Source: Laetmonice hystrix
Lineage: Eukaryota
Length of the DNA stretch: 64,000 bases
Assembly (NCBI GenBank): GCA_965235115.1
Contig: OZ249436.1
Coordinates: forward strand, 17,484,001-17,548,000
Reading direction: 5' to 3'
This document shows, piece by piece, positions 37,201 to 47,059 of this stretch; positions within the stretch are counted from its first letter, which is position 1; the number at the start of each line of letters is the position of its first letter. The translations under genes and the position numbers were made by a program. Under the pieces are notes generated by a model. That model searched no databases and was not told the origin of the DNA. It was given only the letters and a program-made list of their open reading frames with translations.

Positions 37201-40200
37201 ATACCTCTCAGGTGAATCTGGAGATCAAATATGTATGTGACAACAGAGAAGAACAACGATAATGACTCTATAGTTGTTAAGATCTACTAAAGATATAAAG
37301 ATGTTACCCTTGACTCGTCAAGGTCATCGTGAAGGTCACCGACAGCCTCGAAGCTGAGCGGGCCGGCTGTGATTGGTTGTACGACGGCCATGGCGACCCG
37401 AGTCTCGACCATTGTCACCTGACTAGACTCGGGCACAAGCGCGTTCCCTAGGCGTTCCATGCTCTCGATCAGTCTGAATAGGAAGTCAGGGGTCATAGAG
37501 GTCAGCTGGGTTTGATAATGGGTGGAGCTTGCCAAGGTATGATCCATGTACATAATGATTTACTTGGTGGAAACCAACCCAACAAAATGGCTAGGTGTAT
37601 TTTGTCATTATTACAGCAAACACACACGATTTCTATGAAAAAAAGACAAATGAAACATGGGAAGAAAGGCCCCGGATCTGTGCAGGTTATAAAAGGACTT
37701 TATACCTTGTTGCCGAGGCGTCGTTGGCCTCCGTCTCGACCATGACAAGGAGACTAACGTTCAACATCCGGTTGATACTCTCCAACACACGTGACCCGGC
37801 CACTTCTGGTACCGGGACGTCATCAGTATTGACGATGTTCCCAATGACGTCAGCGACCAGGCTCACCTCGTGGCTCGTGAAATCAGCGCCCCCTCGCGTC
37901 AGGTCAGCGAGTTTCTCAGCGATGTCGTTCACTGTGTCTGTGAACAATAACTCAACAAATCAAACCAACCCATCACTGTGTCCGGAACAAACCAAGTCAA
38001 CTCACTGTATCCAGGACAAACCAAGTCAACCAACCACTGTATCCAGGACAAACCAAGTCAACCAACCACTGTATCCGGAACAAACAAAGTCAACCAACCA
38101 ATGTATTCACAACAAACCAAGTGAACCAACCACTGTATCCGGAACAAACCAAGTCAACCAACCACTGTACACAACAAACCAAGTCAACCAACCACTGTAT
38201 CGGTAACAGACAACGTGAACCAACCAATGTATTCACAACAAACCAAGTCAACCAACCACTGTATCCAGGACAAACCAAGTCAACCAACCACTGTATCCAC
38301 AACAAACCAAGTCAACCAACCACTGTATCCAGGACAAACAAAGTCAACCAACCAATGTATCCACAACAAACCAAGTCAACCAACCACTGTATCCGGAACA
38401 AACCAAGTCAACCAACCACTGTACCCAACAAACCAAGTCAACCAACCACTGTATCGGGAACAGACAACGTCAACCAACCACTGTATCCACAACAAACCAA
38501 GTCAACCAACCACTGTATCCGGAACAAACCAAGCCAACAAACCACTGTACACAACAAACCAAGTCAACCAACCAATGTATCCACAACAAACAAAGTCAAC
38601 CAACCACTGTATCCACAACAAACCAAGTCAACCAACCACTGTATCCGGAACAAACCAAGTCAACCAACCACTGTATCCACAACAAACCAAGTCAACCAAC
38701 CACTGTATCCGGAACAAACCAAGTCAACCAACCACTGTACACAACAAACCAAGTCAACCAACCACTGTATCGGGAACAGACAACGTCAACCAACCAATGT
38801 ATTCACAACAAACCAAGTCAACCAACCACTGTATCCACGCCAAACCAAGTCAACCAACCACTGTATCCACAACAAACCAAGTCAACCAACCACTGTATCC
38901 AGGACAAACAAAGTCAACCAACCACTGTATCCACAACAAACCAAGTCAACCAACCACTGTATCCGGAACAAACCAAGTCAACCAACCACTGTATCCACAA
39001 CAAACTAAGTATACCAACCACTGTATCCACGCCAAACCAAGTCAACCAACCACTGTACCCAGAACAAAGCAAGTCAACCAATCACTGTATCCACAACCAA
39101 CCAAGTCAACCAACCAGTGTATCCACAACAAACCAAATCAACCAGTCACGTTATTCTCGTTCTGATAAATGCATCCCAATTTCACATTATAAAACAGACG
39201 AGGGTTCAGGACTTTACGTTGAAGCTCATTAGCGCCATTTTCTCGGAGTCTATATGAGACGTGGACAGGTGTCCGTGCCCGCCTGTGACATCCTACAAAT
39301 GGCAAAATTAATTGAATCGTTTTTCAGACAGTTTGCCGTAGAATTCATGGAGATGAAACGATAGAGTCGAAAGGTCAGGGCCGATTGACGATCTCGAGCA
39401 GGCAAGACGCATGCAGTCAGAGTATATTATTTAGAGTCGTTCTTTTGGAGAATACTATACTAAACAGACAAGTGATGAACATCTGTATTTAGAATAAAGA
39501 AGGAGAGTCCGTGCAACTTCTCACAATAAAGACGATACGAAAATAAGTCAACAGAACCTCAATGAAATGCTTACTTGTTGCTTCTTGTTGCCCTGTTTAT
39601 GGCAGAAACGGACATTTGAACATTTTATTCAATAGTATTCCTGCATGGAAGCTTAGGGTAGGCCCATTATCTCTCGAGTCATACCTCCTCTATTGAAACT
39701 CAGTCTAATACAACAGACTGAAAGAGAAAAACATAAATAGCGATTCCGTTCCTTGGACTTGTCTAGTTTCTGCTTCGTTTCGGACGTTGTTCATTACACA
39801 TGACGCGTAGGGACTAGGTCACAAAATCTTGGACTGTGGTTTGTGTATGTATGAAAAGTTTCGGAGTAGTAACGCACAAGTCGGGCCATGTCTGATCTAA
39901 TCTTTTTTTTCCGTTTCGGTATTCGTGCAATAACCCCAACCCCCCGGAAGAACCCCCTCAAACCCGGACCTGTTGCCGTGGTAACAGAACCAAGAATCCG
40001 TAGTTACCATTCGTGACAGGTTGTTTGGCGAGATCCTCAAGATCTTGCGTTCTCTCGCTGGGGTAGGAACAGGAAGTGACGTCAGAGTTGATCCAGCGTG
40101 GCTTCCCTCCCGCGTCCTGCACACTGTGATAGATACAGTCAGTTAGATTACTACTTCCGTTCACTTTAAAACTGAGGGAGCGAGCGAGAGCGAGAGAGAT

Positions 40201-41228
40201 TTATTTCAGGGCCTACTCACCATGTGTTGCTAGGGGTCAGAGAGAGAGACACACACACAAAAGTGAGAGAGAGAGAGCAAGAGAGAGAGAGAGATAGAGA
40301 AATAGAGAGAGAGAGATTTTACTCACCAAGCCACTGCCATGTTTTGCCGGGAGTCGGCGAGACACTCAATGACCGACACCTGACCTACCAACGTTGACGA
40401 GAGTTTGATGAACCGTTTCTCGTTCCGGAACCCGGCACAGAAACCTTCACATAAATAAATACTCTATAAAGGGTCTGTATAATCTATATATAATTTAGAT
40501 TTCCATCAGTGTGCTAACGTATAGATATTGGACCCGTCGGCCACGCTCCGTGCTTAATGCCCTAATTAGTTCTCGACTTCGCCTCGAACCTATTTAATAT
40601 GCAATACCGAATTAAAAACAGTAGACCAGCAATCCTTTTTGGGGCCAATGTCGAAACCATTTCCAAATTACGACATATTAAATTGATTGTCTATGATCCT
40701 GTAATCGTAAAAGTCACATCTACATACGGCAAATGTTAAGCCTTAATAATATTTGGATCATGACGAGACTGACCTTCACCGACAAGGGTGACCTTTTCCT
40801 CGTCGATACGAAGTACGTCTGCGTGCTTTTGTATGACGTCATAGATCTCGTCTCGGAGTCGCGCCACGTTGGTTCCGAAATCGGACTGGCAGACGACATG
40901 TGTCTGAACCAGTGTCCACATGACGATCGAACTGGACCTGGAACGGAAGGTCATCCGAATGTCAGTATAGTCGCCGTNNNNNNNNNNNNNNNNNNNNNNN
41001 NNNNNNNNNNNNNNNNNNNNNNNNNNNNNNNNNNNNNNNNNNNNNNNNNNNNNNNNNNNNNNNNNNNNNNNNNNNNNNNNNNNNNNNNNNNNNNNNNNNN
41101 NNNNNNNNNNNNNNNNNNNNNNNNNNNNNNNNNNNNNNNNNNNNNNNNNNNNNNNNNNNNNNNNNNNNNNNNNNNNNNNNNNNNNNNNNNNNNNNNNNNN
41201 NNNNNNNNNNNNNNNGAGTGAGAGAGAG

Positions 41229-41267
<39 letters not shown>

Positions 41268-44200
41268 AATTTCTATACTCACGGACTTCTCTCGAACCCA
41301 TAAATTTTCGATCTGCACAAAGCGATGTCGATTCCTGCCATCGTTTCGTCAATCTAAATAAGATCACATTGTTCTATTTTGTGAGCTAGGAAAAAATGGT
41401 AAAATAAAATTACCAAAGGCCTATTTTAGTTTATGATATTGAAAGGATGCTTCATATTAAAAAAAGCGTGCGTTTCGTGGCTCACTTGTTTTTCTAAATC
41501 TCGGGCGGTATCGTGGAAAGTGGTGCTGTTTGAGTCGTCCAGGTTGTCGTCATAAGACGTGTGAAGGATAACTCGAAGGTCATAGGTCACGTCAATGTGG
41601 TAACCTGTATCATACAACTCGAAGGTCAAAGGTCACGTCAATGTGGTAACCTGTATCATACAACTCGAAGGTCAAAGGTCACGTCAATGTGGTAACCTGT
41701 ATCATACAACTCGAAGGTCAAAGGTCACGTCAATGTGGTAACCTGTATCATACAACTCGAAGGTCAAAGGTCACGTCAATGTGGTAACCGGTATCATACA
41801 ACTCGAAGGTCAGAGGTCACGTCAATGTGGTAACCTGTATCATAGAACTGTTTGAAAGCAAATCTCTGTCTGTCTGTCTGTCTGCCTGTTGGTATGTATG
41901 TCTGTCTGTCTGTCATATTGACTTCCATACTGACTCAGTTTCCCTGTTTCAGTCACCCATATGATCATACGGGTTTCGCTTGAATTCCTGTCTTGGTGAT
42001 TAATGTTCGTTCTTATGAAGCTATAAGAAAAAAAATCAACGGACAAAATCCGGAATTCGGGGGTAGCTAATTAACCCCTTCCTTATACCCACCGTCCAGC
42101 AGCGTGGGCACCACACATTCCTCCGAGGTGCAGCACAGCGAGCACGTCTTGGACGCACACGTGACGTCATTCTTTGACATTAGCGCCGCACATCCGGATG
42201 ACGTCCCGCATTGTGACGTCATACTCGAGCCGTTGGTCGTCGATATCCGCAGGTCGACGTGACACGCGTCCTGGCGCAAAAAAACCCAGGTTTAATATCA
42301 CATAACGAAACAATAATAGCATTTTCACAATCTTTCTACGTACATTGATGAGCCTAGACACACACACATAAATAGAGTCAATAGGAAACAGATCTATCCT
42401 TCGTTAAACTGAAATTAAGGTTATATACATACTTTGTGTAGACTAGGCATAATAGGTCTCGGTCACATGCTTCTGCTGACCCTGAACCGTGTGAATTATA
42501 GGACCCTAATAGATCGATTCTGAACCGAATAGATAATTCTGAAGGTTATGTCTAGAGGCCAACTTTAGAAATCTATAGGCTCTAAACAACATAGAACTAG
42601 ATGACATAGGCCTATTATTACTCGCTGGCGATGCTTACGTTGCTTTATGCCCTGATAAAAGTTCAATTATTAAATAATAATGCACCCGTTGCGACCTGGT
42701 CCAAATCTCGCGACATTGTGACGGGTTTTCATGTCGACGGTGTTGTCCTGTATGCCCTCGGCTATACCTCGGGCATATGGTCACACTATAACACATCTCA
42801 ACCTCCCGCTGTTATGAACTATCACTTTATATTACCTGTCCTGTACTGCATTCCCGAGTCGCCCCCCTTTGTTCACAATCCTCGACGTTTCCCCCGCCAT
42901 CGCATGTTAAACACGACAGCGGCTGCAGTTCTGGAACAAAATGGAAATGTCTNNNNNNNNNNNNNNNNNNNNNNNNNNNNNNNNNNNNNNNNNNNNNNNN
43001 NNNNNNNNNNNNNNNNNNNNNNNNNNNNNNNNNNNNNNNNNNNNNNNNNNNNNNNNNNNNNNNNNNNNNNNNNNNNNNNNNNNNNNNNNNNNNNNNNNNN
43101 NNNNNNNNNNATGATGATAATTTCCACCTACCCGGACATTTTTCCCCGTGAGACACGACCAGTTCAAGTAGGGGTCTGTTGTCAAAGTTTTGACACGTGG
43201 CATTCGTTAGAGTCAACGCCTGAATACCCATACTCCTCCTTTCATTAATCCATTTCTGGAGGCGCAATTCATGGCAGTCACAAAGAATTCTGTTGCTCCC
43301 GAGAGTCCTGTGTGAAAGAATGCATTTCATAAGTTTCGAGATATATTAATTATTTCACTTGGAAAGTTGAAGAGATTTTTCAGGCAGCCAGCCATACTTA
43401 CACCTCGGCGAGGTTGGGTAGAAGTTTGAATACGTCACTGGGAAGTTTCGTAATGTTGCTCTTGTCGAGGCGTCTGAAGATGTGATATATACATTTATTA
43501 CTTGGAAAAATACAGCTGGAACGTTAAATACCACCACTTATCACCGGAGAGTGTGCCCTCGCCACACTCCCAGAATTACATACAAAAACCTTGTAACCGC
43601 ACAGTTCTGTTTACTGAGCATGTGACGGCGGCAGGAAAGAGATGGTTTTTATTAGATGGTGGGTAAATTTAAAACTTACAATTTTATTAGATTAACGAGG
43701 TGATGAAATGTATATGAACGGATGACGCCGAGATCGTTTCGATAGAGGTTCCTGAAACAGGTAGTGTAATAAACAAATGCCCCTCTAGGTGGCAGTGTAC
43801 ATAACAAATGCCCCTGAAAGTGGCAGTGTACATAAACAAATGCCCCTCTAGGTGGCAGTGTATACATGAGCAAATGCCCCTGAAAGTGGCAGTGTACATG
43901 AACAAATGCCCCTGAAAGTGGCAGTGTACATAAACAAATGCCCTGAAAGTGGCAGTGTACATGAGCAAATGCCCCTGAAAGTGGCAGTGTACATGAGCAA
44001 ATGCCCCTGAAAGTGGCAGTGTACATGAGCAAATGCCCCTGAAAGTGGCAGTGTACATGAGCAAATGCCCCTGAAAGTGGCAGTGTACATGAACAAATGC
44101 CCCTGAAAGTGGCAGTGTACATGAACAAATGCCCCTGAAAGTGGCAGTGTACATAAACAAATGCCCTGAAAGTGGCAGTGTAAATAAACAAATGCCCCTG

Positions 44201-46872
44201 AAAGTGGCAATGTACATGAACAAATGCCCCTGAAAGTGGCAGTGTACATGAACAAATGCCCCTGAAAGTGGCAGTGTACATGACCAAATGCCCCTGAAAG
44301 TGGCAGTGTACATAAACAAATGCTTCTGAAACAGGCAATGGACATGAACAAATGCTCCTGAAACAGGCAATGGACATGAACAAATGCTCCTGAAACGTAC
44401 ATACCACCTACCACCTATTCATGGTATTGTAACCTATTGTGGCTCATATAAAGGAAATTGGCGTAACTTCCATTAATAGCCTGTACGATCGAGTTTGCTT
44501 CAAGAACTAGTTTACTGAGTTTTCGGAAATTTAACATGAGACAATAATTCTGTAATTAATCTCAGTTCAGAAGTTATGAACTTACAATATTTCTAATTGG
44601 TAGAGATTCCGAAACGCATTAGGTTCGATCTCGCTGATGCTGTTATTCTGCAAGTCTCTGAAATAAATTCAACCAAAAAACATTACTTCAGCAGTCACGA
44701 TAGAGGTTGACCGTTTTAAAACAGTTGTCATAGTAACCGGCTCACCAATATATGATGAGATCGATGATGATGTGGGTTGATCATTTATATAATGAGATCG
44801 TTGGCTACTATTACACAGCTTTCGTTATGGTATCGGGCAGTTCTTATAAACTATGGTTGAATAAAGGTGATGAACACTTACAATATCTTCAGTCTTGTAA
44901 ATTCCGAAAATTCAGATGACTTCAAAACTTTTATACCGTTACTTCTGAGGTACCTGAAAAATAACAGGAATATTTTAACTGATGCTAAATCTAAAACAGT
45001 GATATTCTACGGCGGTATCTTCTTTATTCACGCTCGTGTTCTTAATACGTAGGTCCATCACCCCGCACTTTTAGACTTTACCCATCACACCCCGTGCACT
45101 AATCTCTTTTAGACCTCACCTATCACACCCCGTGTCTTAATGTCTTTAAGACTTTACCCATCACACCCCATGCACTAATATCTTAGAGACTTTACCCATC
45201 ACACCCCGTGCACTAATATCTTATAGACTTTACCCATCACACCCCGTGCACTAATCTCTTTTAGACCTCACCTATCACACCCCGTGTCTTAATGTCTTTA
45301 AGACTTTACCCATCACACCCCATGCACTAATATCTTATAGACTTTACCCATCACACCCCGTGCACTAATATCTTATAGACTTTACCCATCACACCCCGTG
45401 CACTAATCTCTTTTAGGCCTCACCCATCACACCCCGTGCCTTAATCTCTTTGAGACTTTACCCATCACACCCCGTGTGTAACAACCACTTTTGTCATTTT
45501 TACCACTTTTGTCACCGGTCATCACTTTTGTCACACAAAATGCCCACTTTTGTCACAGGTCACCACTTTTGTCACAACGTCGCCCACTTTTGTCGTTCTT
45601 AAGGACATCACTTTAGTCATAATTTTTTGACCGGTTTTGTTAAACTTGTCAAGGCCAAAAAAAGACAGCGTGGCAGAAATGAGATGGTTTACGGATAACA
45701 GATCCATGAAGTCAGGGGCACATATTGCATTAGTTGATATTAAAACTTTTACTCCTTCATGAACAAACAATAATCAAGTAAGCAAGATCTGTGTGGTAAA
45801 TACAGTAGGTGAAAGCTATGCCAGTATACGCCCTCTTCTAATAAAGTCTTGTGCTATAAATACCAGGTAGTGGTTTCTATTGTCCAGGTTTGTTTGTCAC
45901 ACCTCACGCCGGCGACTCTGTACGGCAGTCAGTTACAGTCAACAGTTTTTCCTGTAGACAGTATGACACCGCCAGACATGCTTGGTTGTACACCTTCTTT
46001 TCATTTGGACAGACAGGACGGTGGAAATGGTGTCTTGATTAATGTGAAATATGTTCTACCTGTAAAACCTTCTGATGTTTAAGTCGGTGTTCACTTATAT
46101 TGCTTTGTGGTAAAGAACACACTAAAATACAGCCATGTTGGCAATTGGTTTTGGAGGTGAGATCCTAATTTGTATATAAATGACTGTAACTATGTTGACC
46201 TTGACGTTGGGTGACGACTGTCGTATGCAGAACGTCGGTGTCACGTGCCTCATTGTCCATGGTGCCCTGATTTTATCATTTTTGTTAATATGTTTTAATG
46301 AAATCAACTTGCAGGAAGAAACTATGGATGGTCCCCCTATTTTTAATGCTACAGACGGGATCTACACCTCCAGGGCTTTGGTTGTTGCCTGTAAAATGTT
46401 TTTATCTTAGTAAAACAATGTGGTTGTGTGGGACACCACTCTGGAGGTCCAGTTTGACCTCTCCACTATATAAAGTCAGGAAACCACTGGTCAAATGTAC
46501 AGTGAACGGTCACGTCTGAAAGTATCGCTTAGATAGACGCGGGTCTGTCTCCCATGAACTGGCTGATGGGTCGGAAGGAGCTTGCATGGGTCCACGTTCG
46601 GTCGTAGTCTGGCAACACGTGCTGATGATTCAAACACTGACAGTATGATGAGTCACTTAGTGTCCACTTGGAGGCGGGAGGGTGCAAGCCTGAGAAAAGT
46701 GCGACATGACTCTTCTAAAGGGATGTAGCAATACAACCCGTTCCCCGTCAGTGGGTCGATCTGTGGCACGGTTCCGAATGGCGACTATCATTGGGTTATC
46801 ACGTGTTGTCTCAGACGCCAGATCTTCGAACGGTAGGATGAACGAATCTAGTCGACTAAGACCAAATTCACT

Positions 46873-46950
<78 letters not shown>

Positions 46951-47005
46951 CCTCTGCCTCTCCCCCATATCGCTCTTTCTCCCTCTCGCCCTCCCCCATA
47001 TCTCT

Positions 47006-47059
<54 letters not shown>

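Noticed and set aside
38121-39165. 295/316-aa Q/T/N/P-rich ORFs on +
   Set aside because: Produced by the A/C-rich 32-bp array (few T, hence few stops), antisense within an aGPCR intron.
43676-44414. 188-243 aa His/Cys-rich ORFs
   Set aside because: Minisatellite translations; only 43751-43680 is a real LRR exon.
45531-46519. Short ORFs inside the 2.3-kb transposon (and in its copy at 62710-63692)
   Set aside because: No DDE or other recognisable motif; they recur only because the element is duplicated.
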